Shown piece after piece: positions 28,016 through 40,153 of a stretch of 64,000 bases of DNA (positions within the stretch are counted from its first letter, which is position 1; the number at the start of each line of letters is the position of its first letter). The notes below the pieces were generated by a model. That model made no database searches. It worked only from the letters and a program-made list of their open reading frames with translations, and was not told the DNA's origin. The stretch comes from the human T2T-CHM13v2.0 reference genome, Homo sapiens: assembly GCF_009914755.1 (NCBI RefSeq), contig NC_060936.1; one strand, 5' to 3'. Both the position numbers and the translations under genes were made by a program.

Positions 28016-28208
28016 TTTATTTATTTATTTTGAGATAGGGCCTCCCTCTGTCGCCCAGGCTGGAGTGCACCGCAACCTCCGCCTCCCAGGCTCAAGTGAT
28101 TCTCCAGCCTCAGCTTCCCAAGTAGCTGGGACCACAGGTGTGCACCACCACGTCCAGATAATTTTTTTATATTTGTAGAGACAGGGTCTCACTATGTTGC
28201 CCAGGCTG
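28016..28208 (-). mobile_element. Partial AluJ
   Basis: TTTGAGATAGGG...GTAGAGACAGGGTCTCACTATGTTGCCCAGGCTG. Confidence 0.85.
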
Positions 28209-29351
28209 TGTGTCCTCTATTTAAAATTTAGTGTTCTCACCACAGAAAGAAGTAACCATGTAAGGTGATGGGTGTGTTAATTAGCCCAATTGTGGGACTC
28301 ATTTCACAATGCCTACGTGTGTCAGGTTGTGATGCTGCATACCTTGAGTGCACACCGTCCTGAATTGTCAACTATACCTCAATAAAGCTGGAGAGAGAGA
28401 AAGAAAAGAAAAGGTATCCTGGGACGGTGACGTGGGTAACGGGCCCCAGGACACTCACAGAGAGAGGGAATGCAGGTGCAAAGGCCCCGGGGCAGTGACA
28501 AACAGGAAGCAGGAAGAAGGGCCAGGGTACGGGGATGGGGCCTGGCCGACCTCCATGCCCAGAGCCTTCCTTTCCCGAGTGGGAAGAGCCGGGAGGTTCC
28601 TGCGGAACAAACGCCTGGGTTGAGGTGGCGCAGAGCCCTGAGGGGGCTCAGGCGAGGGTCCAGGCCAGGTGGGCAGGCGGGGGCAGCACTCTGCAAGGGC
28701 AGGAGCCATCAGGAGAGCATCGGCTGTCCCTGGGGAAGGCCCCTCATGGAAGGAGTGAGCCGGTAACAGGGAGTTGGGGGGCGGATTTGGGGGTCAAGCA
28801 CAGGCTCCTGAGCGGCCAGGCGGTGAGCGTCTGCACTGCCCTGCAGACCTCAGGCATCACTGGCATCTTGAAGCAGAAATGACATAATCAAGTTTTGCTT
28901 TAGGAAGAAATATCTCTATCCCCAAAGCCAGCAAACATATGAAGAGATGCTCGAAATCATCAGTCATCAGAGAAATGCAAATTAAAGCCACCACGATGAT
29001 CCCGTCCCACCATCTAGCTGCCAAGATGAGAGGCCGGATCTGCCAAGTCCTGGCAGGGGTTTGGGAGCATCCCCTGGAGGGACGGAACCCTCGTCCACTG
29101 CCCCCTGCCCAAGGAAGGGGTGAGGCGGCCCTTAGGGAGAGCAGCTGGAGCCGGGGAAGGGCTGGGAAGTCCTCACCCAGGTCCATGGGGGCAGGTCCAA
29201 GGCTGCGCACCGAGGCGCCATCATGGACCCCTTCTCTGCCGGCCGCCTGCAGTTCTGGGGCTCAAGCACAGGGTGCCCTGCCAGGGAAGGTGCGGCAGGA
29301 GATCCAGCCCCTCCACCAAAGCCTGCCTGGAGAGAGAGGAGGGCCTGTTCC

Positions 29352-30179
29352 TCATCTTTCTTCTGATTTACACAAAGGCACGATGTGGGCCGGCAGGAGA
29401 CCTGAACCCGGGGTCCCTTCCTGGAAAGGGCGTGGGCAGCTCGTGAACCCGGTGTCCCCTCCTGGAGAGGACGTGGGCAGCTCGTGAACCCGGTGTCCCC
29501 TCCTGGAGAGGACGTGGGCAGCTCGTGAACCCGGGGTCCCTTCCTGGAGAGGGCGTGGGCAGCTCGTGAACCCGGTGTCCCCTCCTGGAGAGGGCGTGGG
29601 CAGTTCGTGGACCCGGGTCCCTTCCTGGAGAGGACGTGGGCAGCTCATGAACCCGGGGTCCCTTCCTGGAGAGGGCGTGGGCAGCTCGTGAACCCGGTGT
29701 CCCCTCCTGGAGAGGACGTGGGCAGCTCGTGAACCCGGGGTCCCTTCCTGGAAAGGGCGTGGGCAGCTCGTGAACCCGGTGTCCCCTCCTGGAGAGGACG
29801 TGGGCAGCTCGTGAACCCGGTGTCCCCTCCTGGAGAGGACGTGGGCAGCTCGTGAACCCGGGGTCCCTTCCTGGAGAGGGCGTGGGCAGCTCGTGAACCC
29901 GGTGTCCCCTCCTGGAGAGGGCGTGGGCAGCTCGTGAACCCGGTGTCCCCTCCTGGAGAGGACGTGGGCAGCTCGTGGACCCGGGTCCCTTCCTGGAGAG
30001 GACGTGGGCAGCTCGTGGACCCGGGTCCCTTCCTGGAGACGACGTGGGCAGCTCGTGGACCCGGGTCCCTTCCTGGAGAGGACGTGGGCAGCTCGTGGTG
30101 GACGTGCACTGGTTCCGTCAGGGCTGGCATCATTTGCTGCAGGAACAAACAGCCCCAAAACGGAGCCACTCGCAGCCAC
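29352..30179 (-). CDS. MUC8: MUC8 locus ORF (tandem-repeat 'mucin 8'; coding status doubtful, no ATG at ORF start)
   Basis: Translation contains the characteristic MUC8 repeats TSCPRPLQEGTRV and TSCPRPLQEGTPGSRAAH(A/V)LSRRGHRVHELPTSSPGGDTGF and ends GSGLLPAHIVPLCKSEER*, as I recall the partial MUC8 cDNA. The ORF begins at GTG. No signal peptide or mucin VWD/SEA domain is visible. Confidence refers to locus identity; protein-coding status is much less certain. Confidence 0.8.
   Translation of the reverse strand: MAASGSVLGLFVPAANDASPDGTSARPPRAAHVLSRKGPGSTSCPRRLQEGTRVHELPTSSPGRDPGPRAAHVLSRRGHRVHELPTPSPGGDTGFTSCPRPLQEGTPGSRAAHVLSRRGHRVHELPTSSPGGDTGFTSCPRPFQEGTPGSRAAHVLSRRGHRVHELPTPSPGRDPGFMSCPRPLQEGTRVHELPTPSPGGDTGFTSCPRPLQEGTPGSRAAHVLSRRGHRVHELPTSSPGGDTGFTSCPRPFQEGTPGSGLLPAHIVPLCKSEER
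29403..30096. repeat. MUC8 VNTR, 17 copies of a 40-41-bp unit
   Basis: Unit CCGG(T/G)GTCCC(C/T)TCCTGGAGAGG(A/G)CGTGGGCAGCTCGTGAAC; 17 GTGGGCAG anchors counted. Confidence 0.97.
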
Positions 30180-30497
30180 ACAGGCTCACTGCTCACCCAC
30201 GTTAGGATTTGCGGGGCTCTGGTCCACTTCATCCCCTGCCGCCAGGCCCCAGGCCTGGGCGGCCTCCCTCTCACCGCGCCTGGGTGGGTTTGCCCGTCCT
30301 CAGGGCTGTGGCCTGGCTGCGCTCCTGGAAGCCGGGGCCCCGTGTATCTCCCTGATTCCCCGGTGGGCGTCCAGCAGAGGCCGGTCAGGGCAAGAATGCC
30401 CGACCCTCAGGGTCCTCCTCAGAGTCGCTGCGGGATCACTTAGGCGCCTCCGGAAACAACACTGTCTTTGCACTGGAATTTTCAAAACAAGACTGCC

Positions 30498-31570
30498 CTT
30501 CCCCTCCCTCCGCGGTGACCCCGCCCCCTCCTCCGCGGTGACCCCGCCCCCTCCTCCGCGGTGACCCCACCCCTTCCTCCGCGGTGCCCCTCCCCCTCCC
30601 TCCGCGGTGACCCCGCCCCTTCCTCCGCGGTGACCCCGCCCCCTCCTCCGCGGTGACCCCGCCCCCTCCTCCGCGGTGACCCCGCCCCTTCCTCCGCGGT
30701 GACCCCGCCCCCCTCCTCCGCGGTGACCCCGCCCCTTCCTCCGCGGTGACCCCGCCCCCCCTCCGCGGTGAACCCTCCCCCCCCGCGGTGCCCCTCCCCC
30801 TCCCTCCGCGGTGACCCCGCCCCTTCCTCCGCGGTGACCCCCCCGCCCCCTCTCTCCCCGGTGACCCCGCCCCTTCCCCTGCGGTGACCTCCGCCCCCCT
30901 CCTCCGCGGTGACCCCCGCCCCTTCCTCCGCGGTGACCCCGCCCCCCCCTCCGCGGTGAACCCTCCCCCCCCCCGCGGTGCCCCTCCCCCTCCCTCCGCG
31001 GTGACCCCGCCCCTTCCTCCGCGGTGACCCCCCGCCCCCTCTCTCCCCGGTGAACCCTCCCCCTCCCTCCGCGGTGAACCCTCCCCCCCCCCCGCGGTGA
31101 ACCCTCCCCCTCCCTCCGCGGTGAACCCTCCCCCTCCCTCCGCGGTGCCCCTCCCCCTCCCTCCGCGGTGCCCCTCCCCCTCCCTCCGCGGTGACCCCGC
31201 CCCCCTCCTCCGCGGTGACCCCCGCCCCTTCCTCCGCGGTGACCCCGCCCCCCCCTCCGCGGTGAACCCTCCCCCCCCCCGCGGTGCCCCTCCCCCTCCC
31301 TCCGCGGTGACCCCGCCCCTTCCTCCGCGGTGACCCCCCGCCCCCTCTCTCCCCGGTGAACCCTCCCCCTCCCTCCGCGGTGAACCCTCCCCCCCCTCCG
31401 CAGTGAACCCTCCCCCCCCCGCGGTGAACCCTCCCCCTCCCTCCGCGGTGCCCCTCCCCCTCCCTCCGCGGTGCCCCTCCCCCTCCCTCCGCGGTGCCCC
31501 TCCCCCTCCCTCCGCGGTGACCCCGCCCCCCTCCTCCGCGGTGACCCCGCCCCTTCCTCCGCGGTAACCC
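30498..31570. repeat. C-rich CpG minisatellite, ~20-25-bp unit CCCCGCCCCYTCCTCCGCGGTGA, roughly 45 copies
   Basis: ~1.07 kb; CCGCGGTG in almost every unit; extreme strand asymmetry. Confidence 0.97.
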
Positions 31571-31922
31571 CTTAGAAGCTCTAAATGGCGCTGATGTGTG
31601 TTCTTAGGAATATGTTCTCAACCTTCAAAGCTCAAAAGGCTCACGTGATGGTGTCTAAGCAACGTGTGCGCATCCGTGAGGACGTGGTATCTGCATCCGG
31701 GTGGCCGGCGTGTCCCTCTAGAAACGAACAGGCCCCTCCCGTCCTCCATGGCGATGTGGCCCAGGCACACCCTCATCAGCACTGCAGGCCCCGGCATCTG
31801 AGCAGCCATCCCTGCAGGAAGCCCCTGAGGCTTGGGGTGGCCATTGCCGCCACATGGTCCTGCCAGCCTCACTGCAGGTCTCCTGCCTGCGGCTTTGGCG
31901 TGTCCACCACACTCAGCTACCG

Positions 31923-32633
31923 TGCAGGTCTCTTCAGGCCACCACAACAAACGACACAGGCCAGCGGCTCAAACCACACGCACCCGTCGCCCACCCCGGA
32001 GGCTGGGGCACCCGTCGCCCACCCCGGAGGCTGGAAGTCTCCACCCTGGGGCCGGCAGGGCAGGTTCATCCTGTGCCTCCCTCCTTGGCCGGCAGTCGGT
32101 GTCTCCTCTGTGCGTTCACCTGGTGGCCCCCTGTGCCTGTCTGCATCCTTACCTCTTCCTTGTCCTTCACGGGCTGGTCATCACGAGCCAGTTATCACCA
32201 GCCAGTTATCACGGCCGGTCATCACGGGCGGTCATCACGGGCGGTCATCACGGGTGGTCATCACGAGCCAGTTATCACCAGCCAGTTATCACGGGCCGGT
32301 CATCATGAGCGGTCATCACGGGTGGTCATCACGAGCCAGTTATCACGGGCCAGTCATCATGGGCCGGTCATCACGAGCCAGTTATCACCAGCCAGTTATC
32401 ACAGGCCGGTCATCACGGGCGGTCGTCACTCTCAAAGCCGCTCTCCGGGGCCTTTTCCTCCCTGATCGCCTCTTCATATTGTGTCACCCATGGGACTGGA
32501 TCAGGGTCCACCCCAACAACCTCGCTTTACCTTGACACCCTCATTAAAGACCCCTTTATGCAGTCACATCCTGAGGTCGTGGGGGCGGGACTTCAGCATG
32601 TGGATTTGTGGGGGACACAGCCCAGCCATCACA
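31923..32633 (-). mobile_element. MLT1 LTR interrupted by a minisatellite
   Basis: Distal part GGATCAGGGTCCACCCC...AAAGACCC...CAGTCACATCCTGAGGT...GGACTTCAGCATGTGGATTTGTGGGGGACACAGCCCAGCCATCACA is the reverse of an MLT1 5' end. Confidence 0.7.
32167..32425. repeat. 13-14-bp minisatellite (CCAGTTATCACGAG / GGTCATCACGGGC)
   Basis: About 19 units, seven with TTATCA. Confidence 0.92.
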
Positions 32634-33671
32634 GCTCCCGAGCCCACATCTCCTCGGAGCCCCTGGCGGCCCCCCAGGAGTCCCCTCACCCACGTGCTCA
32701 GAACTGAACTGGGGACTTCTGGTCCATGTCCAGCAGAACCTGACTCCATCGCGGTCTCCAATGCCCATGCCGGACACCCCACGGCCCTTGTCCTGTGATC
32801 CCGAACCTCACGGCTGCCGCCCCCCTCACGGACCGTGCAGCCTCTGACCCCACAAGTCTTCCTGAAGAGGTCCTCAGACTCGCAGCTATGCAGACCAGGC
32901 TGTCCCCGCACCCTGCGCCCTGGCAGGAGCCCCCAGAGGCCAGGACGGCTGGAGTCCCCCCAGCTTCCATCACTGTCCAGTTCTCCCCAGCCTGCCCTCT
33001 CCTTCCTCAGACACATTCACCCCATGACACCTGGCCTGTTGGAAACAACCCAGCCCTGAGCTGCCCTCAGTGCTTCCGGCCCCTCATGGGATGCAGCTTC
33101 CCCACCAGCCCCCAGGCTGGGCTGCACCCCTCCTACCACCGGCCCCCAGGCTGAGCTACACCCCTCCCAACGCTGACCCGGCCGCACCTTCCTCCTCCCT
33201 CCAGGTGGCTCCCGGCTCCACTGGCCTCCCCAGCTCTGGGCCTCTCTGCAGGGCCCCCTCACCCCGAGTGCCTCCTCCAGGGGAAGCCCTGGAACGCACA
33301 GATCAGATCGGCTCCTACCCCTGAGCTTCCCTCCCCAGCCCTGCTGCAGCTGCTGCGGTTTGCTTGGGTGGGGCCTGTGCCCCGGGTCAGCGTCCACCCC
33401 CTGCACGCCGCAGAGGTTCTCCAAGTCCCTGCAGAACCAAGGGCCAATTTGCAGCCTGACCACACTGCAGCTGTCACACAGCCTGGTGGAGCAGTGACGT
33501 TTGGGCTGATTGTGGTGGCTCCTCCCAGGTTGGGAGCCTCAAAGTGCCCTCCCATCCCCCACCCCTCCCCCACCACAGCTGAGGCACTAGGAGGTCCTCC
33601 CCAATCATGATCACCAAGATGCATCCCCAACTGTCCTCTCACCCCACCTGCATCTCTCTCCCCTGCCTCCT

Positions 33672-33805
33672 CAGTGGGCTAGCCTGGGCTCCTCCCAGGA
33701 TCAGTGGGCTAGCCTGGGTGTGTCCTCTTGGGATCAGTGGGCTAGCCTGGGTGTGTCCTTTTGGGGCCAGTGGACTAGCCTGGGCGCATCCTCCTGGGAT
33801 CAGTG
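33672..33805. repeat. ~30-33-bp repeat x4 (CAGTGGGCTAGCCTGGG...)
   Basis: Direct repeats visible. Confidence 0.85.
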
Positions 33806-34440
33806 TCTGGAGTTGGGCTCGTGATAGGTTCACAATCACTTCCATCCCTTCTGTGAAGCACCACAGCTGGCCAGACCCTGAGGTAGGGGTGAGAGAGGCC
33901 GAGGTGGGGGTGAGAGAGGCCGCCACCCCCAGCACTCTCCTGCCCCACAGCCTGAGGATCTGCCTGGGCCGTGCACCTCGGGGGCCCTGGGCTCCATCCA
34001 CTACATGTGGTGCTCAGCCGGGGGCTGATTCTTGAGCTCTGGCCCTGGGGATTCCCCTTCTGGATACACCTTTTCCTCTTTCCTGACTGCACAACCCCAC
34101 ACAAGTCAGGGCATTCTGAGTTGTGACAGAAAAGGCAACAAAAGTGGTTGAAGCCAAGGGAGAAATTAGTGACTCACATAACCAGGACGTCCTGGAGTGG
34201 GTGGCTTCAGGTCTAGCTGGATCCAGGGGCTCAAAGGACGTCATGGGGGCCTTGCTTCTGTCTCCCTCTCACCTTCACTCTTGGAGTCAGCTCCACTCTC
34301 AGACCAGCTCACCCTTCCCGCACGATGCCCACAGGGGCCTGGTTTCTATCCTCCCAGGAAACATTCTCCCCAGGAGCCTCCAGGAGGAACCTCCTGGCCC
34401 ACACCTTGATCTGGGCCTCATGAGCACCGTCCAGAGGCCA

Positions 34441-34530
34441 CCCCCCTCGAGGTATCCCACGCACCAGGCCGCCCCCCTCGAGGTATCCCACGCACCAGGC
34501 CGCCCCCCTCGCGGTATCCCACACACCAGG
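34441..34530. repeat. 31-bp repeat x3
   Basis: CCCCCCTCGAGGTATCCCACGCACCAGGCCG. Confidence 0.9.
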
Positions 34531-35069
34531 TTCTCTGCTGGGAACCGTTTTCTTCACGCCACTCATGTGAGCAGCTCCCTGTGCACCAGGTGATGTTCCA
34601 GCCGCGGGGGTCAGCAGTGAAGGGACAGTGTCCCCGGGGCTCACGGTGTAGTGCAGGCAGCACTACACCAGGGAGAGCCACCATCGGTCTTGTGGGCACC
34701 AGCGTGGGGCAAGGTGACCTGATGCCACCCTGAGGAGCCCTGCCATGCCCCTCCGAGAAGGCATGAGTGGAAGCTGCCAGCAAGGAGAGAACACAGGCAG
34801 AGGCCCCGAGGCAGAAGCCGCTCTGAGGCGGGGATGCAGGGTGGGCAGGGGTGGAGAGAGTGCCCAGAGTTGGTGGGGGGGGGGTGTCCCAGGACTCAGG
34901 CCGCACTGGGAGTTGGCATGTGCTTCTGAGGATGCCCGTCTATCTGTGCAGGCCACGGGGCACCATCCAGCCCGGCAGGAGCAATGCTCTCAGAAGGGAA
35001 CCTGCGTTGTATGACTCACAACCTCCCAGACCTGCCTTAGGAATGAAATTCAGACCTCCAAACTGACGA

Positions 35070-35212
35070 GGCCACAGGAGGCTGGAGTGGGCCAGAGTGG
35101 ACTGTAGGAGGCAGGAGTGAGCCGCAGGGGGCAAGAGTGGGCCGCAGGAGGCCGGAGTGGACCACAGGAGGCTGGAGTGGGCCAGAGTGGGCCGCAGGAG
35201 GCCGGAGTGGAC
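35070..35212. repeat. Degenerate 20/30-bp repeat (CAGGAGGCYGGAGTGG)
   Basis: Direct repeats visible. Confidence 0.8.
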
Positions 35213-36813
35213 CCTTCCTTGTGTCGCCTGCACGGCGGGCTGCTCTTCTCACTTACGCTCCTGATGCAGAGATTGCAGCCGCCTGTCGCTGGAACACCAT
35301 CTCCCTTCCTGCAGCTGCCGTAATGAACCACCACACACTGGGCTGTTTAAAACCACACACTTACCTTCTCATAGCCTGAAGTCCCAGAGGGGCTCCTGGG
35401 GCTGACGTGGAGGTATGGGCAGGCCGGGTTCCTCTGCAGGCTGTGGGAGGGTCCCACCCTTGAATCTTCCAGCGTCCGGAGGGTGCCGAGCCTCCCACAA
35501 GGACGCTTGTGAACACATCCAGGGCCGCCTGGACCATGCAGGGCTCCGTCACCATCTCAAGATCTTCAGCTCAACCATATCCACCAAGTCTCCTCACCAC
35601 GGAAGGTGCTACATCCCAGGCTCCTGGGACCGGGCATGGAGCTCCCGGAGCCCAAGGCTGGTCCCCACGGCCTCAGCATCCTCCCTCAATGCCCTGAACA
35701 GGCTGGTGAGGGTTCAGGCCTGCACCTCCGGCTGTGGCTCTCAGCTCTGCCTCACTTCCCAAACAGCCAGGAACAAGTCCTGTTGGAAACACTCCCCTAC
35801 TGCCCTCCAAGTGAGCCCCCATGCTGGTCAGGTACAGGCCACCCCTGCCTCTCCCTGGGCCCTGTAGCAGCCTCCTTGGCCCCTCAGCACTTCTACTCTT
35901 GGCCCCTGGCCCACGGGCTACAGTGCTGTGCAGGAACCCTCCTAACTACAAGTCAGATGTCGGCACTCTCGCCCCAAACTCAGACTGGAGAAATGGGGAG
36001 GAAAGGGCTCCAAGGGCCGTCCTGGGAGGATGTGTGGGCTGCACACCATGACGCTGGGAAGTGCATGGGGGGAATAGGGAGGTAGGGAGCTCAGCTTGGC
36101 CCCTCGCCTCACCCCTGACCTTGCCAGAGGATTGAGCTCTGCAGATGCAGCCCCCCCAGGGTCGCAGGTGGCCCTCACAGCCCACCCCTCCAGGGTCACG
36201 GGCGGCCTCACAGAGCCTCTGGGAGAGCCACAGGGATGCCTGGGCTGCCGCGGCACCACCACCTCACGCACCCCAGAACACACGCCCGTATCTTGGTGCG
36301 CTCCAAAGCTCACACTTGCTGAAAAAATAAGGTTCCGAGTGTGGCGGCAGGGGGCCACCTTCCAGACCTTTCTCCGCACTTTCGGACACTCCCAGGGACC
36401 CTCGGGAAAGGCATAGCACCGTCCCACGGGGCTCCTCCCGCTCACACGAGCGGCTGCACCCCTCCTGCCGTATGGCCTCTTCCCTCCGCGACGTCACCTC
36501 CAGAGCAACCTCGTGCCTTAGCCGCAGCAGCGTTTGCGCTCAAGGATGCCGCCGCAGCGAGCCTTTTCCGTAACAAAGGCCACGGGGACTGTTTCTAATG
36601 TTCTATCGCAGATGGGGCTCTGGGGCAGCTGCTCTCCTCCAGGGTTTCTAATGAAACTCCCGGCTCTCAGCCGGGACTGTCCCCTGTGTCCTCCAGGAAA
36701 GACACTGGCTTCAGGGCCCGTTCCCACCGGAGCTGCTGCATCCGACACGCTGGTCGGCTTCTGTGGGTTAGGTTTGGGTTTGTGGGATCTTCGAAGGACT
36801 GATTATGCATTCA

Positions 36814-37474
<661 letters not shown>

Positions 37475-37479
37475 AGTAC

Positions 37480-37862
37480 AGCTTAAAGCACAGAAATGTC
37501 TTCCCTTGAGATTTAGAGACCTGATGTCCAGAACCAGTGTTATTAGAGCCACGCTGCCTCAGGAGGCTCCAGGGGAGGACCCGTGTCTCTTCCTGTTCCT
37601 GGTGGTGTTGGCCTTCCCGCCTGTGTGGTTGCGTCGCTGCAGCCTCTGCTCCCGTCCCCACACACCGTCTCCCCTAGGCCTGTGTGTCTTTTCACAAGGG
37701 GGCCAGTGTTTGGATGTAGAGACCAGCCAAATCTGGGAACTTCATTTTAACATTTGCAATTACATCGGCAAAGACCCAATTTCCAAATAGTGTTACATTC
37801 TGGGGTTCTGGGGGTTGGGACTCCAGTGAGTGATACTGAGGACACACGGTAACCCATAACAC
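37480..37862 (-). mobile_element. MLT1 LTR relic
   Basis: AATTACATCGGCAAAGACCCAATTTCCAAATAG...ACATTCTGGGGTTCTGGGG...AACCCATAACA. Confidence 0.7.
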
Positions 37863-37894
37863 AGCCTCCTCACTTCCTTCACCTCCAGCACAAC

Positions 37895-38390
37895 TGTGTT
37901 AGTCAGGGGTCTCCAGAGAGACAGAGCCAACATGACACAGAGAGAGAAGTGAGCAGGGTCTGTTAGGGGAACCAGATGATGGAGGCTGGGAAGTCCCACA
38001 ACAGGCTGTCTGCAGGCTGGACAACACCGGATGCCGGTAGTGTGGCTCAGTCCACGTCAGAAGGCATCAGAACCTGGGAAGCTGATGGCGCGACTCAGCC
38101 CGAGGCCACAGGCGTGAGACCCGGGGCTGCCAGTGCGAGTCCTAGAGCCCAAAGGCTGGGGCGCCTGCAGTTCTGTCTGAGGGCAGGAGAGGAAGCGTGC
38201 ATCCCAGCTGCCGTGGGGAGAGACACATTCCCCTTTTCTGTTTCTGTTCTCTCCAGACCCCAGCTGGAAGGTGCCACCCACACTGAGGGCAGGTCATCTT
38301 CACCTCCGCCACTCGGACACACACTGCAGTCTCCTCTGGAAACACCTGCACAGAGGCAGCCAAAAATCATGCTCTGCAGGTCACCAGGAG
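37895..38390 (-). mobile_element. MLT2 (ERVL) LTR relic
   Basis: TGTGTTAGTCAGGGGTCTCCAGAGAGACAGAGCCAA...ATGGAGGCTGGGAAGTCCCACAACAGGCTGTCTGCAGGCTGG...CTCCTCTGGAAACACC. Confidence 0.75.
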
Positions 38391-39204
38391 CTCCCCAGCC
38401 AGTCCCATTGGCCCTGGGAGTGTCCCAGCCCCCTCATGTCCGGTCCCATTGGCACGAGAGCATCCCAGCCCCCTCGTGTCCAGTCCCGTTGGCACTGAGA
38501 GTGTCCCAGCCCCCTCGTGTCCGCGATGGCCGCACAGCCCTTCCGACATTTGTGTACCTGTCCCCACGTTAAATGCCTCTCTGCCTGAATACAGACATGT
38601 TTTTGTTTCCCCAAACTGATGCTGTCACGTTGCAGCCAGAGGCCAAATCCATAGGATGCAAGTAACAGAACATCCAACAAAGAGCAGCTCAAACTGTACG
38701 GACAGCTACTTCCCGGATGAAATGTCTGGAGGTAGCTGGTCCAGGCCGCCAGCTCCCCATTCTGTTGTCTCTGTCTTTCTGCCCCACTGTGTCAGCACGT
38801 TGGCTCTTCCTCCTGGAGCTCGCTGCCTCATGAGTGCAAAAAGGCTGCCACAGCTCTAGGGAGCATATGCTCACAGGGCAGCATTCAAAGCCAGGAGTGG
38901 GGCGAGTGGGCAGGATGAAAAACGGATGACATCTTTGTGTGTCCTTCTCTCTTCATCACAGAGGGGCATCTTCCCCAGACGCCCTTGCAGACATTGCCTT
39001 ATACCTCACAGGCCTGGCTCACCCATCCCCTGGTCTCACATGGGGAAACACAGTCACCCAGGCTCCAGCCGGGCATGACTCCTCCCTGGGGTGGATGGGA
39101 GCCCTGCAGCTGACCTGCAGAGCTGAGAAGAATGTGAGCGCTCACGGCCGCAGACACTGAGATTTGCCATCGCTGGGACACAGCAATGACTGACAGATGC
39201 GCCC

Positions 39205-39668
39205 AGACCTAACTGGGACCTAACCTGGAAATAACCGGAACATAACAGGACCTAACCCGGACATAACCCAGAAATAACCGGAACCTAACCCGGACATAAC
39301 CCGGACATAACCCGGACCTAACCGGGACCTAACGCGACATAACCCGGACCTAACCGGGACCTAACCTGGACGTAACCGGGACGTAACCTGGATGTAACCC
39401 GGACATAACCAGGACCTAACCTGGACATAACCTGGAAATAACCGGGACCTAACCCGGACACAACCTGGACATAACCGGGACCTAACTGGGACATAACCCG
39501 GACATAACCGGGACCTAACCAGACATAACCCAGAAATAACCGGAACCTAACCCGGACATAACCCGGACATAACCGGGACCTAACCAGGACATAACCGGAA
39601 CACAACCGGGACATAACCTGGACATAACCAGGACGTAAACCGGACATAACCGGGACATAACCGGGACC
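39205..39668. repeat. 11-bp minisatellite (CCCGGACATAA / CCGGGACCTAA), ~42 copies
   Basis: Regular 11-bp period. Confidence 0.96.
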
Positions 39669-40153
39669 TGCTGGGCATGGGAGGTGGGAACAGCTCGGGC
39701 CCAAGAACCAACAGTGTGGCACAAGTAGCAGAAAGGTGTCCAGAGAGCTGCCCGGGCCTCAGAGACTTGTGTGGGGCAGCCGGGACACGATGTCCAGAGA
39801 GCTGCGTGGGGTGGCCGGGACACTGCGGGGAGGTGGGTAGGTGGGGTGCAGACTCGAGCCCCGGTGCTGGTCCAGTGAGGCAGGTGGGCCTCAGGTGGGG
39901 ACCTGGCCCCCTACGGTGTCCGTTCCCATCTAGTTTTAGGGCCCGCCTCTGCCTCCTCAGTCTGTGGTCTCGGTAGACCGAGGCCTGTCAGTCACAGCTT
40001 CACACCCCCGAGCTGCAGGGACTTGGCGGCCTGAAGATCCCATTCAGAGAGGACTCGGGACTTTGCTCAGAGCTTCATAAAATTCTATTTTTCCTGTCGA
40101 CATTGAACCCCTTAACTCCCCACTTAAAGCTGAGGCTGCTGGAACCCCTGTCC

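Noticed and set aside
39205-39668. GGACATAACCC units as a p53 response-element array
   Set aside because: They lack the invariant G of the CWWG core in RRRCWWGYYY.
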